Shown here one piece after another: positions 8,925 through 18,350 of a stretch of DNA of 32,000 nt; the first letter of the stretch is position 1; the number at the start of each line of letters is the position of its first letter. Below the pieces are notes generated by a model. That model worked only from the letters and a program-made list of their open reading frames with translations. It did no database searches and was not told the origin of the DNA. The translations under genes were made by a program, and so were the position numbers. Source of the DNA: Archaeoglobus fulgidus DSM 4304 (GTDB taxonomy: Archaea; Halobacteriota; Archaeoglobi; Archaeoglobales; Archaeoglobaceae); NCBI RefSeq assembly GCF_000008665.1, contig NC_000917.1:1890001-1922000 (forward strand), read 5' to 3'.

Positions 8925-10641
8925 ACCTTTTTGGCAGCTTTACGACAAACATTGCCCCGCTCGGCTCGTTGTCCCTGACCTCTATGCTTCCTCCATAGAG
9001 CTCAACCATCTTTTTGACGATGAAAAGGCCCAAGCCTGTGCCATAACCTGCGGAGAATCCCTCCTCGAAAATCTTCTCCTTAAGCTCATCTGGGATGCCC
9101 TTTCCGTTGTCCCTGACAACGAGCACACCCCATCCGTTTTCAGCGTAGGTCTCCACGCTTATCTTCACATCATCCCTGCCTGAGTGCTTTATCGCATTGT
9201 TGATGAGGTTGAAGACCACAGTTCTGACATTCTCGTTAGCCAAAACCGTCACGTCCTCAAGGTCAAGATCGATCTCAGCCATTTCTCTGAAGGTTGCAGC
9301 AATCTCTCGAACAACTTCTGTAAGATTTATCTCCTTCCTTACATCTCCAGCCATTTCAAGATTTTTCACCTCGTAAATCATCCTCGAAATCCTGTCTATC
9401 TTTGAAAGTGCAGTTTCAAGCAGCTTTTCATCTTTAAGCTCAATGGCAGCCCTTATTACGGTTAAATCGTTGAGAATGTCGTGTCTAAGCATTTTGTTTA
9501 GCAGCGATAGGTGCTCGCTCTTCCTCCTCAGCTCATCGGTCAGAATGTGTATTCTGGTTGTGTCCAAAGCCGTTGAGGCGACAGCTGGTTTTCCATCGTA
9601 ATCAATTCTCACAAGCCTGACCGTTACCCATCTGACCTCTCCGCTCTTCGTCACTATCCTAAAGCTGATGTCTTCCGCCCTGCTTATGCCCGACTCCACT
9701 TCCCGATACTTTTTCGAGACGAAGTCCCTGTCTTCGGGGTGTATCAGCAGTTCAAGGCCTTCCAATTCGCTAAGCTCATGCTTTCCAAAGCCGGTAACGC
9801 TCTCGAAAGCCTCGTTGGCGTAAACAATCCTGCCGCTCTGGACTATGTGAATGGGCGCCAAGGACTTCTCAATCAGCGACCTGTGGAACTCCTCGCTTTT
9901 CTTCAATTCTGTGATGTCGATTGCGGTTATAGCTACTGCAGATCTGCCGTTCAAAGATATCCTGCTTCCCCTAACGCTCGCCCATATCTCTCTTCCCGAT
10001 TTTGAGAATACTCTGAAATCGTGGGACTCCACATCGCTTTCTCCGGAAATAAGCCTTAGGTACTTCTCCAGAACTGCATTCCTGTCATCGGGATGTATGA
10101 AAAACTCGAAAGGATTTACTCCGTTCAATTCCTCCCTCGTATAACCCGTTATCTCCTCGAAGGCCCTGTTGGCGTAAACGAAAACACCGTCCTGAACAAT
10201 CGCCACAGGTGCGACTGACTCCTCAATCAGCGACCTGTGGAACTCCTCGCTCTCTTTCAGCCTGGCCTGAAGCATTTTGTTGGCTGTAATGTCTATCCAG
10301 TTTCCCACACCAAATCTTTTTCCCTCAATCTCTACCGGAACGATAAAGCCCCAGACCCACCTCACCTTTCCGTCTTTCGTGATGTACCTGTTTTCCATGA
10401 AGACCTTCTCCCCTTTCAGCCCTTTTAAGTAGTTCTGGATAATCATTTCGTGTTCTTCCTCAGGAGCAAGCCTGAATACTCCAATTCTGTAAATTTCATC
10501 CTTTGAGTAGCCCGTAAACGTTTCAACGATTTTATTTACATATCTTATTTTTAAATCCTCATCAACAACGAACACTCCCACCAGGGAATTCTCCACAACT
10601 TCTTTCCAGAATCCAGAGTTATTAATCACAATACTATTCAT
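8905..10641 (-). CDS. Soluble sensor histidine kinase with three PAS domains
   Basis: Likely start ATG at 10641 (MNSIVINNSGFWKEVVENSLVGVFVVDED). Three PAS units (YVNKIVETFTGYSKDEI; YANRAFEEITGYTREEL; YANEAFESVTGFGKHEL), H-box MLRHDILNDL, N-box LINNAIKHSG, G-boxes DNGKGIPDELKEKIFEEGFSAGYGTGLGLFIVKK. No transmembrane segment seen. Confidence 0.93.
   Translation of the reverse strand: MNSIVINNSGFWKEVVENSLVGVFVVDEDLKIRYVNKIVETFTGYSKDEIYRIGVFRLAPEEEHEMIIQNYLKGLKGEKVFMENRYITKDGKVRWVWGFIVPVEIEGKRFGVGNWIDITANKMLQARLKESEEFHRSLIEESVAPVAIVQDGVFVYANRAFEEITGYTREELNGVNPFEFFIHPDDRNAVLEKYLRLISGESDVESHDFRVFSKSGREIWASVRGSRISLNGRSAVAITAIDITELKKSEEFHRSLIEKSLAPIHIVQSGRIVYANEAFESVTGFGKHELSELEGLELLIHPEDRDFVSKKYREVESGISRAEDISFRIVTKSGEVRWVTVRLVRIDYDGKPAVASTALDTTRIHILTDELRRKSEHLSLLNKMLRHDILNDLTVIRAAIELKDEKLLETALSKIDRISRMIYEVKNLEMAGDVRKEINLTEVVREIAATFREMAEIDLDLEDVTVLANENVRTVVFNLINNAIKHSGRDDVKISVETYAENGWGVLVVRDNGKGIPDELKEKIFEEGFSAGYGTGLGLFIVKKMVELYGGSIEVRDNEPSGAMFVVKLPKRFRERCV
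9868..10251. repeat. Perfect 30-bp direct repeat inside the histidine kinase gene (copies at 9868-9897 and 10222-10251)
   Basis: ctcaatcagcgacctgtggaactcctcgct occurs identically twice, encoding SEEFHRSLIE at the start of PAS2 and PAS3. Confidence 0.93.
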
Positions 10642-10729
10642 GATTATTACTACAATTATGAGATATATTAAGGTTTCCACATTGGATCCACAACCCAAAA
10701 ATTTTTCACCAGAGTGCAGATTTTGCTGC

Positions 10730-11455
10730 ATGCAGAACGAGCTGCTGTGGTTCGCTCTACTGTTTGCAAGCTTTGTGGGGATAATCCTAGCCTACAGACT
10801 TTTCGGTCGAACAGGGCTTTACGCATGGACGGCAATGGCAATTATTCTGGCTAACATTCAGGTTATGAAGACGATAAGGTTCTTTGGGCTCGTTACGGCG
10901 ATGGGCAACATCGTTTACGGAACAACCTTCCTTGTCACTGACATCCTCTGCGAAAACTACGGGAAGAGAGAGGCCAAAAAGGCCGTAGAAGTAGGATTCT
11001 TCGTTCTCGTTGTGTTCACACTGCTTATGCAAATATGCCTTGCCTTCATTCCCCACGAGAGCGACACTTTAAGCCCTCACCTGGAGCAGATATTCGGAAT
11101 AATGCCGAGAATAACTGTTGCCAGTCTCACAGCCTACTTGGTTTCTCAGCTCCACGACGTCTGGGCCTTTGACTTCTGGAAAAGGAGAACGAAGGGCAGA
11201 TTCCTCTGGCTGAGAAACAACGCATCGACGATGGTTTCGCAGCTAATCGACAATGCAGTCTTCACGTGGATTGCCTTCGTTGGCTTCGGAGTTTTCTGGG
11301 AGCAGGTGTTTCCATGGGAGCTTATCGCTGAGATTTTCGTGACCTCATATATCATGAAGTTCATTGTTGCTGCCCTCGACACTCCGTTCGTTTACATCGC
11401 AAAAATGATTAAAAGCGAGGCTGATAGAGCCGAGGTTGTTTCAAAGGTCCATTGA
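10730..11455 (+). CDS. Vitamin/queuosine-precursor transporter-like membrane protein (DUF165/YhhQ family)
   Basis: Start at ATG 10730 (MQNELLWFALLFASFVGIILAYRLFG) rather than the 5'-extended ORF; NIQVMKTIRFFGLVTAMGNIVYGTTFLVTDILCENYGKREAKKAV, QLIDNAVFTWIAF. Confidence 0.87.
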   Translation: MQNELLWFALLFASFVGIILAYRLFGRTGLYAWTAMAIILANIQVMKTIRFFGLVTAMGNIVYGTTFLVTDILCENYGKREAKKAVEVGFFVLVVFTLLMQICLAFIPHESDTLSPHLEQIFGIMPRITVASLTAYLVSQLHDVWAFDFWKRRTKGRFLWLRNNASTMVSQLIDNAVFTWIAFVGFGVFWEQVFPWELIAEIFVTSYIMKFIVAALDTPFVYIAKMIKSEADRAEVVSKVH

Positions 11456-12082
11456 AACCAATTTTTCTGCAAGCCCGTCGAAGACGAACTCCACAGCTAT
11501 CGCAGCAAGGAATATGGCGAGTATTCTCGCCGCAATGTCCGCACCGCTCCGGCCGAGGAGTCTGATGATTGGGGCGCTGTAGATGTGGCTCAGCCTGACG
11601 ATCGAGTAAACCAGCGCGGCACTCAGAACGACGAGCAGTTTCATCACCACATCTCCCGCCTGCGAGTAAAGCACGATTCCTGCCGTAATCGCTCCGGGGC
11701 CAGTGTAGAGAGGCAGGGCGAGGGGGAATACAGCAATGGAATCCACATCAATGCTTTCCTCAGCCCTTCTTTTGTAAGCCTCCCTTCTAGTCCCGCCGAG
11801 GAGGATATCGACTGAGGAAATGAAGAGAAGTATTCCTCCCGCAATTTTCAGGCTGCTGATGGAAACGCCGAAGTAGTCGAGAATTTTACCGCCCGTCACC
11901 ATCGTGATGAACAGAATCAGGAAGGCAATGATTGTTGCTCTTTTCGAAATTTTCTCCCTGTACTCATCGCTGAATCTCTCCGTTAACGCTATGAAAATCG
12001 GCAGATTTCCAGGAGGGTCGATTATTATGAAGAGCGTCGTGAAGCTTGCAAAAAAGAAGCTGAGGTAGCCAGCGATGTCCAT
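11441..12082 (-). CDS. MarC family integral membrane protein
   Basis: 213 aa; FIIIDPPGNLPIFIALT, FPLALPLYTGPGAITAGI, repeated multi-pass topology. Confidence 0.9.
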   Translation of the reverse strand: MDIAGYLSFFFASFTTLFIIIDPPGNLPIFIALTERFSDEYREKISKRATIIAFLILFITMVTGGKILDYFGVSISSLKIAGGILLFISSVDILLGGTRREAYKRRAEESIDVDSIAVFPLALPLYTGPGAITAGIVLYSQAGDVVMKLLVVLSAALVYSIVRLSHIYSAPIIRLLGRSGADIAARILAIFLAAIAVEFVFDGLAEKLVSMDL

Positions 12083-12084
12083 AC

Positions 12085-13020
12085 TCAGCCCTCTCTCACA
12101 GCTTTCCTCACATTTTCAAGCAGCTGCAAAGCCAGCTCCTGAGAGGGGAAGGAGAACAGCCCACAATCAGGGCCGATGTAAGCAAGCAAATCTCCAAAGC
12201 GCTCTTTTGCCTTGCTGATCCTCTCCGCAATTTTCTCCACAGGCTCTATTTCATCGATTGCGAGGGAGATTAGCTCCTCATTGCCCCACGCATTAACGCC
12301 GTGCAAGGCGTTGAACTCGGCTATTATTCCGTCAATATCGCTCCTCGCAACCCCGATTCTGAGCTTTTTTTCCGCTGATGCAACAGCCTCAGCATCAATG
12401 AAGTCCATGTTCTCTGGCTTTTTAGCGCACTCAATGCCGATAACATCTACAGACGTTTCAAGAATCTTCTCGTAGTAGAGCGGCTCGTGAAGGTGAATCT
12501 GCACGTCCTGCTTAACTTTGTAGTCCAGAGCTTTCTGTAAAAGTTCCTCATCCGGCTGCAAGTCCGGAGCGATTCCGAGGCTGGGCTCGTCGATGCTTAT
12601 ACAAACGACATTTTCGTGCTTTGCCGCATTCTCCACAAACCTTCTCACCGACTCTGCAAGGTTCAGCAGAATGTCCTCGTAAATCACGCCCCCAAACTCC
12701 CTGTAGTAGAGCTCAAAGGGGCCGGTGATGCAGACCCTCACAGCCTCAACGCTCATTTTTTCAACATACTCAAGCTCCGGAATTACGGCCTTCCTTTCGT
12801 CTATAAGGTAGGGCTCCACCTGGTTGGCCTTTATGGGCTGCATGAACATCTCTATCATGTCCCTGAACTGCGGATAAGTAGGGACGTCGAGAACCTTCGC
12901 CTTCATGAGGAAAGCTCTCTGAACCATCTCCTCGTATTCTTTCGTGTGGAGGTTTCGCTCCACCCACTCCCTCGTAATCCCCTTGGGAAGGGGAAAGCTG
13001 CCGATATCGTCGAGCATCAT
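12085..13020 (-). CDS. Methionine synthase (MetE C-terminal domain)-like methyltransferase
   Basis: 311 aa; DDIGSFPLPKG, RVCITGPFELYYREFGG, CISIDEPSLGI, VQIHLHEPLYYE, IGPDCGLFSFPSQELALQLLENVRKAV; single-domain UROD/MetE-like architecture. Confidence 0.82.
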   Translation of the reverse strand: MMLDDIGSFPLPKGITREWVERNLHTKEYEEMVQRAFLMKAKVLDVPTYPQFRDMIEMFMQPIKANQVEPYLIDERKAVIPELEYVEKMSVEAVRVCITGPFELYYREFGGVIYEDILLNLAESVRRFVENAAKHENVVCISIDEPSLGIAPDLQPDEELLQKALDYKVKQDVQIHLHEPLYYEKILETSVDVIGIECAKKPENMDFIDAEAVASAEKKLRIGVARSDIDGIIAEFNALHGVNAWGNEELISLAIDEIEPVEKIAERISKAKERFGDLLAYIGPDCGLFSFPSQELALQLLENVRKAVREG

Positions 13021-13021
13021 G

Positions 13022-13321
13022 TTATTTCTCTATAATTCCTCCCCTTATGGCAAGCCTCTCAATCTGGTCTCTCAATTCCTCCAGATTGTCCATAAGCTCT
13101 CTCCAGTTGTCTTCACTGGTAGCATAAGTTTCTCTCAGCTCTCTCAGCCTGAGCTTTATTCTTCTCACCTGATCAGCGTAAATCTCCTCATTCTCTGTGC
13201 CGTAGAACATGTTTCCGATTCTACCGATAGCGGCCCTCAGAAGCCTTATTCTCTCCTCAACATCTCCGCTGTAGTCGAAAGATTCGAGAAGTTCCTCAAG
13301 ATGTTCTTTTATTGAAACCAT
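13022..13321 (-). CDS. Small coiled-coil hypothetical protein
   Basis: 99 aa, highly charged helical sequence, immediately upstream of and co-oriented with the MetE-like gene. Confidence 0.6.
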   Translation of the reverse strand: MVSIKEHLEELLESFDYSGDVEERIRLLRAAIGRIGNMFYGTENEEIYADQVRRIKLRLRELRETYATSEDNWRELMDNLEELRDQIERLAIRGGIIEK

Positions 13322-13365
13322 ATAATTGAGTTATTTTCCTGTTAAAAAATTTTGCACCTGACAAA

Positions 13366-14190
13366 CTACTTCTCCCAGCCACCTCTTTTGGTAAATAGGT
13401 AGATGAAAATCAAGGCTGAAGCTGTTAGAATGACGAATGCGGACGTTTTGTCTATCTTTATCTCAGGTTCCACCTTGAACTCTAGAACACACTTTGTTTT
13501 GCACTGGTAAACGCTGTAATCCACGCCTTTAAACTGCTGAACTCCCCTGTATGCTGCGTTGCTTTGATTGGTAACCGGAAGAGTCGTAAAAATGAGAACA
13601 GTCTGGTTTTCAGCTCCACTTAGTGAAAGCTTTGGCTTAACCAGCCTGTAGGTGATGGATACCTCACCCGTGCTGTTCGCGGGGACGATGAGCTTCTTCA
13701 GAGTGAGATTTCCATTGAGATCAGAAAAATCCAGAAAACTCAGAGAGGAGTCGGAGATTTTCAATCCCGTATGCTCGGGGAGGGGGATTGCAAGGTCTCC
13801 CTCGAAGTTCTCCCCTCCTGAATTGGTTATGAGGACTATCTCAAAAACTTCGAGGCTCGGCTGGACGATTGCATGCCTCATCATGCTCAGATTTTCCGTT
13901 CTGTTTGTGAACAGAAGGTTGAACGTAACGGTTTTGTTACTGTCAAGCCTCAAATCTTTGACGAAGGTTTTGTTGAGCGCAAAAAGCGTAAGCGTGTAGT
14001 TTCCTGCCGGTAAGCTTATGATCGAACCATTTTTTACGGTTTCAACCTTTGACAGGTTCTCCCCGAATATGCCCAGCTCAGCCGTGCCGTTGTACCCCTT
14101 AATGAAGACCTGAAAGTGGAGCTCTGCAGCTTGCACAGTCAACAATCCGGTTATGATCAAAAGCAGCGGCAGCAAAGTTAGCTTCCTCAT
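13366..14190 (-). CDS. Secreted, C-terminally membrane-anchored hypothetical protein
   Basis: 274 aa; signal peptide [23 protein letters not shown], extracellular beta-type segment, C-terminal TM FVILTASALIFIYLFTKRGGWEK; stop overlaps start region of the glycosyltransferase gene cluster (14187-14190). Confidence 0.75.
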   Translation of the reverse strand: MRKLTLLPLLLIITGLLTVQAAELHFQVFIKGYNGTAELGIFGENLSKVETVKNGSIISLPAGNYTLTLFALNKTFVKDLRLDSNKTVTFNLLFTNRTENLSMMRHAIVQPSLEVFEIVLITNSGGENFEGDLAIPLPEHTGLKISDSSLSFLDFSDLNGNLTLKKLIVPANSTGEVSITYRLVKPKLSLSGAENQTVLIFTTLPVTNQSNAAYRGVQQFKGVDYSVYQCKTKCVLEFKVEPEIKIDKTSAFVILTASALIFIYLFTKRGGWEK

Positions 14191-15149
14191 TCAACCACCC
14201 TCTGCATAGCTTCCCACTCAACCTCCCTTTTTCTGACAAAGGAGAATAAAGCTCTTACTGCGGCATACTGTAGCATGATTGTGTGGATGAAAAGTCCGAG
14301 AGTCACCTTTACTTTGGAAAGTCTGCGGAAGTGGTAGATAAGCAGGAGAGGAGAAAGGAGAAGAAGGGGCAGGAAAAGGATGGGTATGAAGGTGAGGGTG
14401 AGAGCCATGTACCAAGAGAGCCTCACTCCCCACGGGGCCTTCCTCATTTCCTTCCTGTACCTCCACAGCTGCAAACCCCCGTAATACCACCTCTTTCTCT
14501 GGTTGTAGAGGTCTTTCCATGTTAGCGGAGACTGCTCGTATATTTTTGATGTTCTGACGAGAATTGCCCTTCTCCCTTTAGCATGCATTCTTGTCGCAAA
14601 GTCGGCGTCCTCGGCAACAGCCCACTCGTTCAGCCCCTCCTCCATCAAAAACTTTGCCCTCAAAACCCCAATTAAACCGTTAAATTGCCTGAACCTGCTT
14701 TTCCCAAGGAGGAAGTTGATTAGGTAGTACTCGGCCTCAACAGTCTCGGTGACAAGGTTGATGGGGTTGCTGATGTACCTCTTTGTTGAAGCTATGTAGC
14801 AGTCCTCGCAGCCCTCAAGGGCTTTGACGCACTCAACCACGAAGTTCTTCTCGGGCCTCGAATCTACGTCGAAGATTGCTACGTAGTCTGGTTTGAAGCT
14901 GGAGAGGCGCTTGATGGCATCGTTTATAGCCCCAGCCCTCTTCCCCCTTCTGTCCTTCCTGAAAACAACCTCTGCTCCGAGTTTCTCAGCCAGCTCAGCC
15001 CTTCTGTCATCCTTACCGTTGGAGTCAATTACATAGACAAACCTCACTTCAAAATCATCGTAGTCAAGGGACTTCAGGTGCTCGATGCTTCTTCTGATTA
15101 TTTCCTCATCCTCAAAGGGCGAGACGGGAACAACTACGGCCAGCCTCAT
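14187..15149 (-). CDS. Family 2 glycosyltransferase, membrane-associated
   Basis: 320 aa; [67 protein letters not shown]-terminal hydrophobic segments. Confidence 0.88.
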
Positions 15150-16561
15150 GAGAGCATTTCTTCTATGAGCTTTGCCGTATCAGCAGGATCAGCCCTTCCG
15201 CGAGTTTTTTTCATAACCTGCCCGACGAGGAAGTTCAGGGCCTGCCTCTTTCCGCTGAGGTAGTCCTCAACAGCCTTCGGATTCTCCTCAATGGCCTCTT
15301 TGCAGAATTTTATGATTTCTTCCTTTGGAATGGCGAAAAGCCCCTTCTTCTGGATGATTGCATCAATCTCTCCACCCTCATCAAGCTTCGTCCTTATGAC
15401 CTCAACAACTCCCTTCTCCGTTATCCTATCCTCTTCGAAGTACTTCAGCAGCTTGGCAAACTCCTCCGGCTTGAAAACCTCCCAGCACTTGGCAAAGCTC
15501 CAGTCTCTGTAATTAAGCTCTCCTCTCAGCACGTCAACAATCCAGCTTGCCGCAAGTTTTGGATCAACCAGCTTCGCAACCTCTTCAAAGTAGTCTGCCA
15601 TCTTTACGTCGAGAATCAGCACCTTGGCAAAGTTATCACCAATGCCGTACTGCCGCTTTAGCCTCTCCCTCTTCTCCTCTGGCATTTCTGGCAGAGTGCC
15701 CTCAACCTCCCTGACAATCTCCTCCGTAAGAACCGGCACCAGATCAGGCTCGGGGAAGTAGCGGTAGTCCTGCTCTTCCTCCTTGCTTCTGAGCGAAACC
15801 GTGATGTTCCTTGCTTCATCAAAGTGCCTCGTTTCTCTAACAACACTTCTCCCCCTCTGCAGGAGGTTCTTCTGCCTCATAATTTCGTAGCTCAGGGCCT
15901 TTTCAACGCCCTTGAAGGATGAAATGTTCTTTATCTCCACTCTGCCACTCCCTCTGATGGAGATGTTGGCATCAACCCTCATGGCCCCCTCCAGATCCCC
16001 ATCGAAGACTTCGAGATACTCAAGAATCATCCTGAGCTTGTTCAGGAAAAGCCTCGCCTCCTTGGGCGAGTTCATCACCGGCTCTGTAACAATTTCAAGC
16101 AGAGGGGCGCCGCTTCTGTTGTAGTCGATGAGAGAGTACTTTGCCGTCGTAATCGAACCTTTGTAGCTGAGCTTTCCAGGGTCTTCCTCCATGTGCACCC
16201 TCTTGAGCTGAATTCTCTTCTCCTGACCGTCGAGCTCAATGGTGACGTAACCACCAAGGGCCAAGGGGCGGTCGTACTGGCTGATTTGAAATCCTTTCGG
16301 CAAATCGGGGTAGAAGTAGTTCTTCCTGTCGAAGACTGTGAAGGGCTGTATTTCTGCGTTTAAGGCCATGGCCACCTTCACAGCAGCTTTAACAGCTTCC
16401 TTGTTGATGACGGGCATAGCCCCCGGCATTCCGAGGCATACTGGACAGACGTGGGTGTTGGGAGGGCTTTGGTGATAGTTAAGGGGGCATGAGCAGAAAA
16501 GTTTAGTTCTGAGCCTGTTAAGCTGAACGTGAACCTCAAGCCCTATCACGACGTCATCCAT
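15146..16561 (-). CDS. gatB: Asp-tRNA(Asn)/Glu-tRNA(Gln) amidotransferase subunit B
   Basis: Start likely ATG 16561 ([25 protein letters not shown]); [67 protein letters not shown]. Confidence 0.96.
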
Positions 16562-16600
16562 AATGGCTGCACTAAAAGGCGTATTAAAAAGGTTGTGAAC

Positions 16601-17488
16601 ATGTGGAGAATTGAGCTGAAGCATGCGGTAAACTGGGAACTGAAGATGAAATTCTTCGTTCTGCCTGAGCTGCCTACTCCGGATGTTGTTGAAAGCGGTG
16701 TGTGGAGAAGAGCCATCGTGCTGGATGGCAGGGCAGTTGCGGTGATGGCTTATCCGGAGAGTGAGAGAACGATTGTGGTTGAGGGGAATTTTGAGAATAG
16801 GGAGTGGGAAGCGGTCAGGCGTAAGCTTGTCGAATACTTAGGCCTGCAGAATCCGGAGGAGCTTTACAGGTTTATGGACGGTGATGAAAAGTTAAGGATG
16901 CTAAAAAACAGGTTCTACGGGTTTGGCAGGGCTGGTTTGATGTCGATGAGCGTTTTTGAGGGCATTGCCAAGGCCATCATACAGCAGCAAATCTCTTTCG
17001 TAGTTGCGGAGAAACTTGCTGCAAAAATTGTTGGGAGGTTTGGTGATGAGGTTGAATGGAATGGGCTGAAATTTTACGGCTTTCCCACTCAGGAGGCCAT
17101 TCTGAAAGCTGGGGTAGAGGGGCTGAGAGAGTGCGGGCTGAGCAGGAGGAAGGCGGAGCTGATTGTGGAGATTGCCAAGGAGGAGAATCTGGAGGAGTTG
17201 AAGGAGTGGGGTGAAGAGGAGGCATACGAGTATCTCACTTCCTTCAAGGGCATAGGCAGGTGGACAGCTGAGCTTGTTCTGTCAATGGCCCTCGGCAAGA
17301 ACGTTTTTCCAGCAGATGATCTTGGCGTGAGGAGGGCGGTTTCAAGGCTTTACTTCAATGGGGAGATTCAGAGTGCGGAAAAAGTGAGGGAGATTGCGAG
17401 GGAGAGGTTTGGCAGGTTTGCGAGGGACATACTGTTCTACCTCTTTCTCTACGACAGATTTTTTAGTAAAAAGACAGAATTAGTTTGA
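16601..17488 (+). CDS. alkA: DNA-3-methyladenine glycosylase II (HhH-GPD family)
   Basis: 295 aa from ATG 16601 ([19 protein letters not shown]); [19 protein letters not shown], Hh[33 protein letters not shown] (catalytic Asp). Confidence 0.95.
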
Positions 17489-18039
17489 TGTTCCCCGAAA
17501 TCGAGGAAATCAGAAGAAAGAGGAAAAAGCTTGGTTTGAGTCAGAAAAAGCTTGCCGAGCTCGTCGGGGTGAGCCAGCCCTTAATAGCGAGAATCGAAGC
17601 AGGAAAGTTTGACCCCAAGCTTTCTTTGGTCAAGAAAATGCTGAGAGTTCTCGAGGAGATTGAAGGGGGCAGGGTGGAGGCGAGGGTTGTGATGAACTCC
17701 CCCGTGATTTTCGTATCGCCGAGCGACTCATTAAAGACCGTTGCAGAGCTTATGACCGAGAAGGAGATATCACAGCTTCCCGTTATGGAGAATGACAAGC
17801 TCGTAGGCGGGGTAACCGAGGCCGATGTGGTTAGGGCTGTGCTGGAGAAGGGAGAGGGGGCGGAGAGCATAAGGGTAAGGGAAGTTATGGGTGACCCCTT
17901 TCCTGTAGTTGATCCGGAAGAGAGCGTTAACGTTGTTTCTAAGCTTCTAATGGAGCATCCTGCGGTGTTAGTTGTTCAGGGAGAGAAAGTCGTGGGAATA
18001 ATCACGAAGCAGGATGTGATGAGGTTTTTGACGAAGTGA
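17488..18039 (+). CDS. XRE-family HTH plus two-CBS-domain transcriptional regulator
   Basis: ATG 17488 (overlaps alkA stop); [46 protein letters not shown] then CBS pair (VIFVSPSDSLKTVAELMTEKEISQLPVMENDKLVGGVTEADVV; FPVVDPEESVNVVSKLLMEHPAVLVVQGEKVVGIITKQDVMRFL). Confidence 0.93.
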   Translation: MFPEIEEIRRKRKKLGLSQKKLAELVGVSQPLIARIEAGKFDPKLSLVKKMLRVLEEIEGGRVEARVVMNSPVIFVSPSDSLKTVAELMTEKEISQLPVMENDKLVGGVTEADVVRAVLEKGEGAESIRVREVMGDPFPVVDPEESVNVVSKLLMEHPAVLVVQGEKVVGIITKQDVMRFLTK

Positions 18040-18114
18040 GTTAATAATAACCATGATAATAATCTTAATCATTTTTTATGGAAAAATTTAAATTCTTTGT
18101 GAACTATAGTGTGT

Positions 18115-18297
18115 ATGGGGTTCCTGAGCAGCTTGTTGAGTGGCCTTTTAGGACTTTTGCAACCAATGCTGGAGCAGCTTCTTCAAACCGAGCTTGGACA
18201 GCAACTGTTGATGTTTTTGCTCAGCCTGATGAGCCAGCTGCCACCCGGACTGGTTGAGTTTCTGAACAACCTGCTTGGAATGCTTGGACTCGGTTAA
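18115..18297 (+). CDS. Very small Leu-rich amphipathic/hydrophobic protein (60 aa)
   Basis: MGFLSSLLSGLLGLLQPMLEQLLQTELGQQLLMFLLSLMSQLPPGLVEFLNNLLGMLGLG; TATA-like tttaaa at 18087-18092, ~25 nt before ATG 18115. Confidence 0.6.
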   Translation: MGFLSSLLSGLLGLLQPMLEQLLQTELGQQLLMFLLSLMSQLPPGLVEFLNNLLGMLGLG

Positions 18298-18350
18298 TGA
18301 AAATAATTTAATTTATCCTTTGTATTTTTTATAAATCAGAGTCTCTACAC

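Noticed and set aside
10640-10731. 5' extensions of the kinase (to 10731) and the DUF165 gene (from 10640)
   Set aside because: They overlap each other across the divergent promoter region; conserved sequence begins at ATG 10641 and ATG 10730.
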